Source: an uncultured Acidimicrobiia bacterium (GTDB lineage Bacteria; Actinomycetota; Acidimicrobiia; Acidimicrobiales; AC-14). Taken from it: 64,000 nt of DNA. The notes beneath the pieces are model-generated. The model saw nothing but the letters and a program-made list of their open reading frames with translations. It was not told where the DNA came from and searched no databases. The translations under genes and the position numbers were made by a program. Positions 18,031 through 26,481 of this stretch are shown piece by piece. Where the stretch lies: the NCBI GenBank assembly GCA_963790325.1, contig CAWBNY010000004.1, forward strand, positions 4,210-68,209, in the 5' to 3' direction. The number at the start of each line of letters is the position of its first letter. Position 1 is the stretch's first letter.

Positions 18031-19464
18031 GTGGAGTCCGGCTTCACCCTGGAGAACGCCGACGCACCCCTCCTGCACCAGGGCCTCAACCTGGCCGACA
18101 TCGCCCACGTCATCGACCTCCGGGGTCGGCGGGTGGTCCCCGAGGACGCCGCCCGCCAGCTCCTCGACCTGCTGCTCGAGGTCCACGGCATGCCGGCCGA
18201 GGAGTTCCCCTACGACCCGTCCTTCGGCGAGGCCTACAACTCCCGGGAGCGGTACTTCGCCTCCCGGCTGGGCGACGTGGCCGGGTGGCTGCACGCCGGG
18301 CGGCCCCGGCGGGAGGCCACCCGCATGGCCCTGCGGCTGCTCCTCCGGCGCCAGCTGGTCGACCTGGTGGAGGACGCGGCCGGCTTCGTCGACAGCGTGG
18401 TCAGTCAGGCGGCGGCCCACCTGGGCACGCTCATGCCCGACCAGACGTACCTCCAGCAGGCCCAGCCGTCGACGTTCGGCCACTACGTCCTGTCCTTCGC
18501 CTACCCGACGGCGCGGGACGCGGCCCGCCTGGTCGACTGCATCGAGTGGGTGAACCTGTCGCCCGGCGGGGCCGGCTGCGTCAACGGGAGCCGGCTGCTG
18601 GAGGACCGGTCGGTGATCGCCGGGCTGCTGGGCTTCGGCGGGGTCATCGAGCACACCCGGGACGCGATGTGGCAGGTGGACGGCCTGATCAACATCCTGG
18701 CCACCACCGCCAGCATGCTGTCCAACCAGTCCAAGCTGGCCGAGGACCTGGAGATCTGGTCGTCGAGCGAGTTCGACTACGTCGACCTCGACGACGGTTT
18801 CACCCGGTCGAGCGTCCTCATGCCGAACAAGCGGAACCCCTACGCCCTGTCGATCGTGCGGGGGGCCTCGGGGATCCTGATCGGGCGGCTGGCGGGGTTC
18901 CTGGCCGTGGTCAAGAGCCCCTCCGCCCGCAGCGACAACCTCATCTTCGCCTACGGCGAGGTCCCCCGGGCCCTCGACCTGGCGTCGCGGACGACCCGCC
19001 TGATGGCCGGGGTGGTGCGCACCCTGCGGGTCAACCGCCAGCACATGGCCGACGCCCTGACGGCCGGCTTCACCCAGGCCACCGACCTGGCCGAGCACAT
19101 CGTCCAGGTGTGCCGCATCGACTACCGCACCGCCTACGTGATCGTGGGGGCGACGGTGCGGGCGGCGGCCGCGGTCGGGTTGCGGGGCGTCGACATCACC
19201 GGCGAGATGCTCGACAACGCGTCCGTCGAGCACCAGGGCCGGCCCCTCGGGCTGGCCGGCCACGACCTCTCGGCGGTGCTCGACCCGATGCGCATCGTGT
19301 CCAGCCGCTCGGCCACCGGCGGGGCCGCGCCCGAGGCGGTGGGGGGGATGGTGGCCACCTGCCGGGAGTCGGCGTCGTCGCTGCACGCCGAGGCCGACCG
19401 CTGGCGGGACTCGTTCGACTGCGCCGAGGCGGCGCTGCTCAAGCTGGCGGAGGAGACGGCGTGA
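18031..19464 (+). CDS. aspartase/fumarase-superfamily lyase, argininosuccinate lyase-like (XcbD-like candidate)
   Basis: Contains TYLQQAQPSTFGHY and the signature loop SSVLMPNKRNPYALS. No in-frame start exists between the stop at 17887 and 18028/18031. Confidence 0.85.
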   Translation: MESGFTLENADAPLLHQGLNLADIAHVIDLRGRRVVPEDAARQLLDLLLEVHGMPAEEFPYDPSFGEAYNSRERYFASRLGDVAGWLHAGRPRREATRMALRLLLRRQLVDLVEDAAGFVDSVVSQAAAHLGTLMPDQTYLQQAQPSTFGHYVLSFAYPTARDAARLVDCIEWVNLSPGGAGCVNGSRLLEDRSVIAGLLGFGGVIEHTRDAMWQVDGLINILATTASMLSNQSKLAEDLEIWSSSEFDYVDLDDGFTRSSVLMPNKRNPYALSIVRGASGILIGRLAGFLAVVKSPSARSDNLIFAYGEVPRALDLASRTTRLMAGVVRTLRVNRQHMADALTAGFTQATDLAEHIVQVCRIDYRTAYVIVGATVRAAAAVGLRGVDITGEMLDNASVEHQGRPLGLAGHDLSAVLDPMRIVSSRSATGGAAPEAVGGMVATCRESASSLHAEADRWRDSFDCAEAALLKLAEETA

Positions 19465-20849
19465 CCCGGGTGGAGCTGCCGACCGAGGTGTCGGTGGTCA
19501 ACCTGGGGCTGGCGCTGTTCGCCGATGCCATCCGGGACCAGGGCCGGCCCGTCCTCCATGTCGACTGGCGCATCCCGGCCGGAGGCGACCTGGCGCTGGT
19601 GGCGGCGCTGACCCGGCTGTACGGGCGGCACGGGGCGGCGGTCGACGCGGCCAATGCCGAGGTCGTGCGCCGGCTGGACACCGGGGTGCCGCGGCTGGTC
19701 GGGATCGCGCCGGCCGGCGACGTGGTGCCGGGGATGGGCGAGCGCACCATCCTCCACTGCGGGCCGGCCATCGGGTGGGACGACATGGGCGAGCCGCTGC
19801 GCAACTCGGTGCGGGCGGCGGTGCGGGCCGAGGGGTGGGACCCGGCGGGCGGCGACGACGAGGTCGACCTGGAGCCGGCCAACCACCACTCGGCGGTCGT
19901 GCCCATGGCCACCGCCATGGGGCCGTCGACGCCCGTGTTCGTGGTCGAGATGGAGGGCCTCCGCTCGTTCTCGCCCATCAACCAAGGCCCGGGCGAGGTG
20001 GCCTGGTTCGGGCGGGACACCCCGGCCGCCGTCGACCGGCTCGTCTTCCTGCGGGACGTGGCCGGCCCCCTGCTGGCCTCGGTGGTGGCGGCGGCCGGCC
20101 CGCTGGATCTGATGGCGGTGGCGGCCCAGGGCCTGCAGATGGGCGACGACCTGCACATGCGCACCCAGGCCGCCACCAACCTCCTGCTGCGGACCTGGCT
20201 CCCCCACCTCATGGGCCTGGAGCCGGCCGCCCGGTCCGAGCTCGGGGGCTTCCTCGCCGGGAACCACCTGTTCTTCCTGAACCTGGCCATGGCCGGGGCC
20301 AAGGCGCTGACCCTGTGGGCCGAGCAGGTGCCGGGCGCCAGCGTGGTCACCACCATGGCCCGCAACGGGACCGCCTACGGCGTCCGGCTGCCGGGGTCGC
20401 CGGAGTGGTTCGTGACCGGCTCGCCGCCGGTCGGCGACGCCTTGTTCCACCCCGGCCGGTCGGCCGACGACGCCGCCCCCGACATCGGCGACTCGGCGGT
20501 GCTGGAGCTGATCGGGCTGGGCGGGTGCGCGGCGGCGGGCTCGCCGGCGGTGGCGGCCTTCGTGGGGGGAACGATGGCCGACGCGGTCGCGACCACGGAG
20601 GACATGGACCGGGTGTGCGCCGGGCGGAGCAGCCGGTTCAGGCTGCCCATCCTCGACTTCCGGGGCACGCCGGTGGGCGTCGACGTGCGCAAGGTGGTCG
20701 AGCTCGGCATCACGCCCAAGGTCACCACCGGCATCCTCCACGCCGGTGACGGGGGCCAGATCGGCGCCGGGGTGGCGCACGGCCCGATCGCCTGCTTCCG
20801 CGACGCCCTCCTCGATCTCGACCGCCGCCTCGATCGCCGCCTCGGGTGA
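19461..20849 (+). CDS. DUF1116-family protein (YlbE-like)
   Basis: The GTGA overlap with the upstream stop couples the two genes. The length and the motifs HHSAVVPMA, GDDLHMRTQAAT and MARNGT...DSAV.E..GLGG resemble the YlbE/DUF1116 family. This call is from memory of the family and was not searched. Confidence 0.7.
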   Translation: MTRVELPTEVSVVNLGLALFADAIRDQGRPVLHVDWRIPAGGDLALVAALTRLYGRHGAAVDAANAEVVRRLDTGVPRLVGIAPAGDVVPGMGERTILHCGPAIGWDDMGEPLRNSVRAAVRAEGWDPAGGDDEVDLEPANHHSAVVPMATAMGPSTPVFVVEMEGLRSFSPINQGPGEVAWFGRDTPAAVDRLVFLRDVAGPLLASVVAAAGPLDLMAVAAQGLQMGDDLHMRTQAATNLLLRTWLPHLMGLEPAARSELGGFLAGNHLFFLNLAMAGAKALTLWAEQVPGASVVTTMARNGTAYGVRLPGSPEWFVTGSPPVGDALFHPGRSADDAAPDIGDSAVLELIGLGGCAAAGSPAVAAFVGGTMADAVATTEDMDRVCAGRSSRFRLPILDFRGTPVGVDVRKVVELGITPKVTTGILHAGDGGQIGAGVAHGPIACFRDALLDLDRRLDRRLG

Positions 20850-21631
20850 CCGTCGAAGTCGGCGCCGGTGCCCACCGGACGCTGGCGGTCGACGGGCGGG
20901 GGCAGGTGGTGGGCGTCTACCGCCACGCCGCCCATCTCCGCCTGCCGGCAGGGATGGTGGCGGTGGTCACGCCCCAGGTGGGGCGGGGCCCGCTCCACGT
21001 GCGCGGCCCGGTGCGGCCCGAGCTCCTCGCCCCCGGCGACCGGGTCGACGTGGTGGGCGGCGCTTCGCTGCGCGTGGCGACGGCGGTTGAGGTCGACCTG
21101 GCCGCGGCCCGGGTGTGGCGGGGGGCGCTGCCCGAGCCATCGACGTTGGCCGGTGCCGACTTGAACGTCTTCGCCGCCGCCCCTCCGTCGGCGTTGGTCG
21201 ACCCGGTCCACGCCGACCGGCTGGCGGTGGCCGTCCACCGCCTCGACCACGACGACCTGGCGGGTGCGGCCCGGGCCATCGGCGGGCTGGGTCCGGGTCT
21301 GACCCCGTCGGGCGACGACGTCCTGGCCGGGATCCTTCTCGTCCGGCGGGCGCTCCGGGGACCGGCGGCGGAGTCGGGGTTGGTCGCCGTCGCCCGCGCC
21401 GTGCGGACCACCTCGTTGTCGCGGGAGGTCCTGGTGTGGGCCGCCCGGGGCCAGGCGGTGGAGCCCGTCCACGACCTCCTGGGCTCGGTGGCGGCCGGCG
21501 ACCGGGCCGCCGCCGACACCGCCCTGGCGCACGTGGTCGCCCTCGGCCACTCGTCCGGTGCCGACCTCGCCCTCGGCCTCGCCCTCGGACTGGGACTGCG
21601 TCTCGGGGTTGCCCGAACGGGGTACCGGTGA
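20846..21631 (+). CDS. DUF2877-family protein (YlbF-like)
   Basis: It overlaps the upstream stop (GTGA). GLGPGLTPSGDDVLAGILL and the C-terminal ALGHSSGADL are characteristic DUF2877 motifs. Confidence 0.7.
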   Translation: MTVEVGAGAHRTLAVDGRGQVVGVYRHAAHLRLPAGMVAVVTPQVGRGPLHVRGPVRPELLAPGDRVDVVGGASLRVATAVEVDLAAARVWRGALPEPSTLAGADLNVFAAAPPSALVDPVHADRLAVAVHRLDHDDLAGAARAIGGLGPGLTPSGDDVLAGILLVRRALRGPAAESGLVAVARAVRTTSLSREVLVWAARGQAVEPVHDLLGSVAAGDRAAADTALAHVVALGHSSGADLALGLALGLGLRLGVARTGYR

Positions 21632-21691
21632 CGACGCTTCGGGTCCGCCTCGCCTGCCCGGTCACCTACGTTTCACCCGGCTGACCGGATT

Positions 21692-21749
21692 GTTGCACGG
21701 GGCCAGGGTGCCGGCGCCCACGTTGCACGGCCATGCAATGCTGGTGCAA
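21692..21749 (+). promoter_or_regulatory. repeated GTTGCACGG boxes plus inverted GTGCAA
   Basis: GTTGCACGG occurs at 21692-21700 and 21722-21730, exactly 30 bp apart, and GTGCAA occurs at 21744-21749. The local GC dips. The boxes lie upstream of the small CDS. Confidence 0.2.
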
Positions 21750-21828
21750 GCGTCCCGGACCATGCTGCCGGGACAGACGTGCGAGCAGGAGGCGTGCCGT
21801 GCCGAAGACCACCGCCTGTCGAGCCCGG

Positions 21829-22128
21829 GTGGCCTGCGGGTGCCGCTTCGCCCAGGGTGCGCCGCTCCACCATGACCTCCTGACCCGGGTCGACGCCGAC
21901 GTCGCCGCCGCCCTCGACCTTTTCGAGCTGGCCATCACTTGGGACGAGCTCGACTACAGCGAGCAGGCCCTCGTCCCCCCCGCCGACTGGCTCGACTTCG
22001 CCGCCGAGCACCGGTGGCACGACCCCGAGCTGGCCGAGCGCCTGTTCTCGGTGGCGGTCGACATCGCCTACCGACGGGGCACCCCCGCCGCCCCCCGCCT
22101 CCTCCGGGTCCTGACCCCCTCCGCCTGA
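21829..22128 (+). CDS. hypothetical acidic protein (about 100 aa)
   Basis: The 3' two-thirds (LLTRVDADVAAALDLFELAITWDELDYSEQ...) have saturated GC3. The start is uncertain: GTG at 21829 or 21799. The ATG at 21733 would add an implausible Cys/Arg-rich leader. Confidence 0.4.
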   Translation: MACGCRFAQGAPLHHDLLTRVDADVAAALDLFELAITWDELDYSEQALVPPADWLDFAAEHRWHDPELAERLFSVAVDIAYRRGTPAAPRLLRVLTPSA

Positions 22129-22198
22129 GCCTGCCCGGCCGGGCTTGACCAGCGCCCTGGGGCAGGGGCGCGGATGTTCGGCGCCCGGCGGTCCGCTG

Positions 22199-24832
22199 TC
22201 AGACGTCGTTGCGGCCGATGCAGACGAAGGCGGCGGCCGCCGCCCGGTCCTGACCGTCGCCGGCGCCGGCCAGGGCGAGGGCCGGGCGCTCCCCCGCCCG
22301 CAGCCGCCGGTGGAGGGCGACCATGACCGCGGTGGTGGCCACGTCGGGCACCGGCAGGAGGGGGGCGATCACGGCCCGGACGCCGAGCGATAGGAGGGCG
22401 GCGGCCGTGCCCAGGAGGTCGTCACCCTCGTGGACGGCGGCCACCGCCGCGTCGCAGGCCGAGAGCACCACCACCGACGGCGCCCGGCGGAGCCGCTCGA
22501 GGTCGTAGACGGTGAGCGGACCGTCGTGGAGGAGCACCGACGAGAAGAGGGGGCTGTCGGCCCGAAACGTCCCGTGGGCGGCCAGGTGGGCCAGATCGGC
22601 CTTCTCCAGCGCGGCCACGACACCGGCGACGGTCGCCCGCTCGCCGGTGAGCACGGTCGCCCTCGGGTAGAGGGCAGCCAGTTGACCGACCTCGGTCTCG
22701 GCCCCGGGCAGCCGGGGCCCCGCCACCAGCGCCACCCGCCGCCGCCCCCGGGAAGGCGCCGGCCGGGCCGGCCCGGCCGTCCCCGCCAGCCACACCGCGG
22801 CACTGGGAGCGACGGTGGTCGGGCGCCCCGCCAGGGTCGGCAGGGTCGACCACGGCAAACCGTGCAACTCGCCCGTGGGGACCACCACCACCGGCTGCCC
22901 GTTCGGCACGCCCAACGGAGCCAGCAAGAGCTCGTCGAGGCGGGCCGCGGTCGACGCCAGGGCCGACTCCGCCACCGCCCGCGATCCGGGCCAGAGCAGG
23001 CGCCGAAGGGCGAACATGAGGTACTGCCGCTCCCGCTCGACCTCCACCGCCGGGGCCAGGTCGTGGACCTTCACCCCTGCCCGGCGGACGGTGACGGCGT
23101 GCAGCCGCCCCTGCACCGACACGAACTCGACGAGGACGCGGTCACCCAACGCCCGCCGCAACGAGGCGACGTCGAGCCGGCCGGTGTCCGCCGCCCCGTC
23201 GTCACTCGCCCGCCGGGTGCGGTCCCGCACCCTCTCCTCCACCGCCGCCGCCTGCAGCGTCAGCGTCGGGGTCGGCCCGCCGTTGAGGGCGGCGTCCCGC
23301 AGCTCGGTCCGGATGCGGCGGAGCTGGGCCAGGTCGGCGGCCAGCTCGCCGTCGTCGGGCGGCCGCGCCGGCGGTCGCCGCAGCGCGCCCGCCCGCCCCC
23401 GCTCGACCCAGCGCAGGACCTCGGCCGGCCGCCCGCCGTCGAGGGCCAGGCGGACGCCGAGACGGGCCAGGTCGGCCGAGTGACCGGCCGCCCGGGCCCG
23501 CAGCTCCGACCCGCCGAGGGTCGCCCGGTACTCGTCGACGACGGTGATACCCCGGCCCAGGGCCCGCTTGGCGCCGGCTCGGTCGCCCTCGGCCAGGCGC
23601 AGCAGGGCGGTGGCGTGCCACGCCTGAGCCCGGCAGTCGGCGGATCCCACGGTGCGGGCGGACGCCGACTGGCCCAGCTCGGTGCGGGCGACGGCCGGCC
23701 GGCCCAGGGCCAGCGCCATCCGACCCACGAACGTGCGCACGTGGAGCGCCTCCACCGCCCACCCCTGGGACTCGAGCTCGGCCGCGATCCGCCGGCTGCG
23801 GCGGAGCAGGCCCGGTGGCGGAACCTCCTGGTCCTGGTGGGCCAGGACCGCGGCCTGGATCTCGACATACCGGGCCTGGGCCGACCACGGGAGGCGGCGG
23901 GCGGCCCGGAACTGGCGGGCGGCGAGGGCCGCCTCCGCCGCCGCCTGATCGTAGGCCCCCGCGGCCAGGAGGGACCGGGCCAGCAGGAGCCGGCACTCGT
24001 TGAGGTGGGTGAGGTCGCCCCGGGCCAGGGCGGCCACCGCCGACGCGGCTGCGGCCCGGGCCTCGCCCACCAGGCCTGCGGCCAGCAACACCTCGCTGCG
24101 GTCGGCGTCGAGCACCGCCACCAGCCGGTCCGGGTTGTCGAGGTCCTGGTAGGCCCGCTGGGCCCGGTCGAAGGCAGCCAGCGCCTCCGGCAACCTTCCC
24201 TGCCGGCAGTAGGCGAAGCCGGTGTTGTGGGCGGCCATGGCCACGATCATCGGGAGGTCCCGCTCCAAAGCGATCCGCTCCCCTTCGGCGAAGTCGGCGA
24301 GGGCGGCGTCGAGGTGGCCCTGGGCGCCGTGGAGGATGCCCCGGCACACCCGCAGCCGGGCGATCGACGCCTTGCTGCCCGTGCGGGCCAGGGAGCGGAG
24401 GGATCGTCCGTAGGCGGGCAGGGCCTGGTCGAGGTGGCCCGTCCAGTGGAGGACGACGCCGCCGAGGAGCTCCACCTCACCCCGCACCGACGTCGGAGCC
24501 ATCTCCCGGGCCCGCCCGATCTCCCGGGTGCTACCGGCGACGTCACCCACGCTGAGCAGGGAGATCGCCATGCTGGCCCGAGCCATCGCCTCCCGGTCGG
24601 GGAGGTTGTGCGCGACGCTGGTGGCCACGGCCGCCCGGTAGCGGCCGAGCGCCTCCCGGTGACGACCGAGCTCGTGGAGGGCCAGCCCGACGACCCACGA
24701 CGCGGCCGCGGAGACGCTCGGGGCGTCGGCGCCCTCGACCAGCTCGGTGGCCCGAGCCAGGACCGCAGCCGGGTCGCGATGGCGGCGATCGGCCAGCTCG
24801 GCCAGCTCGTCGAGGACCGCCCGCGACCCCAC
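22199..24832 (-). CDS. TPR-repeat protein with C-terminal CHAT (caspase-like) protease domain
   Basis: About 600 aa of TPR-like helical repeats precede a CHAT dyad context: DLAHLAAHGTF (His) and VVVLSACDAA (Cys). There is no signal peptide. Confidence 0.85.
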   Translation of the reverse strand: MGSRAVLDELAELADRRHRDPAAVLARATELVEGADAPSVSAAASWVVGLALHELGRHREALGRYRAAVATSVAHNLPDREAMARASMAISLLSVGDVAGSTREIGRAREMAPTSVRGEVELLGGVVLHWTGHLDQALPAYGRSLRSLARTGSKASIARLRVCRGILHGAQGHLDAALADFAEGERIALERDLPMIVAMAAHNTGFAYCRQGRLPEALAAFDRAQRAYQDLDNPDRLVAVLDADRSEVLLAAGLVGEARAAAASAVAALARGDLTHLNECRLLLARSLLAAGAYDQAAAEAALAARQFRAARRLPWSAQARYVEIQAAVLAHQDQEVPPPGLLRRSRRIAAELESQGWAVEALHVRTFVGRMALALGRPAVARTELGQSASARTVGSADCRAQAWHATALLRLAEGDRAGAKRALGRGITVVDEYRATLGGSELRARAAGHSADLARLGVRLALDGGRPAEVLRWVERGRAGALRRPPARPPDDGELAADLAQLRRIRTELRDAALNGGPTPTLTLQAAAVEERVRDRTRRASDDGAADTGRLDVASLRRALGDRVLVEFVSVQGRLHAVTVRRAGVKVHDLAPAVEVERERQYLMFALRRLLWPGSRAVAESALASTAARLDELLLAPLGVPNGQPVVVVPTGELHGLPWSTLPTLAGRPTTVAPSAAVWLAGTAGPARPAPSRGRRRVALVAGPRLPGAETEVGQLAALYPRATVLTGERATVAGVVAALEKADLAHLAAHGTFRADSPLFSSVLLHDGPLTVYDLERLRRAPSVVVLSACDAAVAAVHEGDDLLGTAAALLSLGVRAVIAPLLPVPDVATTAVMVALHRRLRAGERPALALAGAGDGQDRAAAAAFVCIGRNDV

Positions 24833-24881
24833 GGCTCGGAATGGTAGAGAGTCGTGTGTATCTCAGCGGCCCCTGCCGACT

Positions 24882-24895
24882 GTGAACGGTGAACG
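24882..24895 (+). promoter_or_regulatory. tandem GTGAACG GTGAACG in the CHAT/S8 divergent intergenic region
   Basis: A perfect 7-bp tandem repeat lies just upstream of the GAGGGAGG Shine-Dalgarno sequence of the S8 gene. Confidence 0.2.
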
Positions 24896-24908
24896 AGGGA
24901 GGCGGACA

Positions 24909-26438
24909 GTGACCGAGGGCGCAGCCGGACCGAGCGGCACCGGCAACGGCGACGACAGGGACGACGGCAACGACAAGGGCCACGGCGACGGCGACGGCGA
25001 CGGCGGCTACGGCGGCGAACCGGTCGTCGGCGACGGCCGGGAACGGCCCCGGGGACGATGGACGAACCGGGTGGGCTTCGCCGCCTGGCCCGGTGGCACT
25101 GTCTTCGCCTACCGGCCGGGCGAGATCCTCACCCTGCGGGGGGAGGATGCGCTGGCCACCACCCGGGAGCGAAACAACGACGTCCGGGTGCTCCAGGAGC
25201 TGGGCCAGTTCACCCGTCTCGGCGGCATCGCCGACGTCCTGGCCGAGGTCGGCGAGCTCCGCCGGCGGGGCATCCTCGCCCAACCCAACCACGTGTTCTT
25301 CGCCCACGACGGTGTCGGACCGACACCCGTGTTCCCGACACCCGTGTTCCCGACACCCGTGTTCCCGACCGGCGCCAACTGGGGCTGCAGGTGCTGCTCG
25401 CCGGGACCGTCGTGCCCGCCCCACCCCTCGAAGTCGTGCGCATGCGGTGGCGTTTTCCCCACCCCCGTCTTCCCCACCCCCGTCTTCCCCACCCCCGTGT
25501 TCCCGACGCCGGTGTTCCCGACGCCGGTGTTCCCGACGCCGGTGTTCCCCACCGAGATGAAGAGCACCGCCCGGGCGGTGCCGCCCGCCACCGACGTGTC
25601 CACCGCCACCGCCGCGCTGGCCGCGCCCATCCCCTCCGACGGGCCCCTCGTCATCGTGCTCGACACCGGCCTGGCCGCCGACGGACCGTACTTCCCGGCC
25701 GCCCTCACCTCGGCACCCGTGGCCGGCGCCACCTCCGCCGACCACGACGAGCCCGACGAGGACGGCGACGGCGGCCTCGATCCGTGTGCCGGCCACGGCA
25801 CGTTCATCGCCGGCGTCGTCGGCCAGGTCGCCCCCGGCTGCGAGGTCGTGATCCACCGGGTTTTCTCCACCTTCGCCGACTCGTCGGAGGCCGAGATCGT
25901 GGACGCCATCGCCAACCTCGACCCGGCCCGGCCCGATCGCACCATCCTCAACCTGTCCTTCGGCGGCTACACCCTCGACCTCCCTGTCGCCATGGCCATG
26001 GCCATCGCCGCCATCCAGGCCACGGGCGTCGTCGTGGTGGCATCGGCCGGAAACGACGCCACCTGCGTTCCCACCTACCCCGCCGCCTTCCCGGGCGTGG
26101 TCGCCGTGGGCGCGGTGGGCCCCACCGGCCCCGCCCCGTTCACCAACTACGGGCCGTGGGTCAGGGCGTGCGCGCCCGGCGTCGACATCGTGAGCACGTT
26201 CTTCCAGGGCTTCAACGGTTCCGAGCCGGTGCCGCCGGGTGGCGGCGGCGACCCCGACGATTTCTCCGGCTGGGCCCGGTGGAGCGGCACGTCGTTCTCC
26301 GCCCCCGTGGTCGCCGGCGCCCTGGCCCGGAGGATCCTGACCGACGGCTGCACCGCCGAGGAGGCGGTGTCGAGGGTGGTCGACGCCCCCGCCCTCATGC
26401 GGATCCCCAACCTGGGCACGGTGGTGAACGTCATCTGA
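24909..26438 (+). CDS. cytoplasmic subtilisin-like serine protease (S8) with I9-like propeptide and repeat/Cys-rich linker
   Basis: The catalytic residues are present: VIVLDTGLA (Asp), GHGTFIAG (His), ASAGND (Asn) and SGTSFSAP (Ser). I chose the GTG at 24909, which follows GAGGGAGG. The N-terminus is acidic with no hydrophobic signal. Confidence 0.85.
   Translation: MTEGAAGPSGTGNGDDRDDGNDKGHGDGDGDGGYGGEPVVGDGRERPRGRWTNRVGFAAWPGGTVFAYRPGEILTLRGEDALATTRERNNDVRVLQELGQFTRLGGIADVLAEVGELRRRGILAQPNHVFFAHDGVGPTPVFPTPVFPTPVFPTGANWGCRCCSPGPSCPPHPSKSCACGGVFPTPVFPTPVFPTPVFPTPVFPTPVFPTPVFPTEMKSTARAVPPATDVSTATAALAAPIPSDGPLVIVLDTGLAADGPYFPAALTSAPVAGATSADHDEPDEDGDGGLDPCAGHGTFIAGVVGQVAPGCEVVIHRVFSTFADSSEAEIVDAIANLDPARPDRTILNLSFGGYTLDLPVAMAMAIAAIQATGVVVVASAGNDATCVPTYPAAFPGVVAVGAVGPTGPAPFTNYGPWVRACAPGVDIVSTFFQGFNGSEPVPPGGGGDPDDFSGWARWSGTSFSAPVVAGALARRILTDGCTAEEAVSRVVDAPALMRIPNLGTVVNVI
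25320..25370 (+). repeat. 3 x 15-bp tandem repeat encoding PTPVF
   Basis: The unit ccgacacccgtgttc occurs three times, followed by a partial unit, in frame within the S8 CDS. Confidence 0.95.
25452..25553 (+). repeat. 6 x 15-bp tandem repeat encoding PTPVF (three nucleotide variants)
   Basis: The units are cccacccccgtcttc x2, cccacccccgtgttc x1 and ccgacgccggtgttc x3. All encode PTPVF. Confidence 0.95.
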
Positions 26439-26457
26439 ACGGTCCCGGGCCGGGAGC

Positions 26458-26481
26458 GGAACGCTCCTACGATGGCGCCGT
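26458..26481 (+). promoter_or_regulatory. ECF-type promoter-like motif GGAAC-N16-CGT
   Basis: GGAAC is at 26458-26462 and CGT at 26479-26481. The CGT overlaps the GTG that I assigned as the sigma factor start. Confidence 0.25.

Noticed and set aside
21733-21828. The ATG at 21733 as the start of the small acidic ORF.
   Set aside because: It would add a Cys/Arg-rich leader (MQCWCKRPGPCCRDRR...) with poor third-position GC. The coding signal begins further downstream.
25320-25553. The 15-bp tandem repeats as a possible CRISPR array or minisatellite outside genes.
   Set aside because: The units are contiguous with no spacers, are in frame, and encode identical PTPVF peptides inside an S8 protease CDS. 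No cas genes are nearby.
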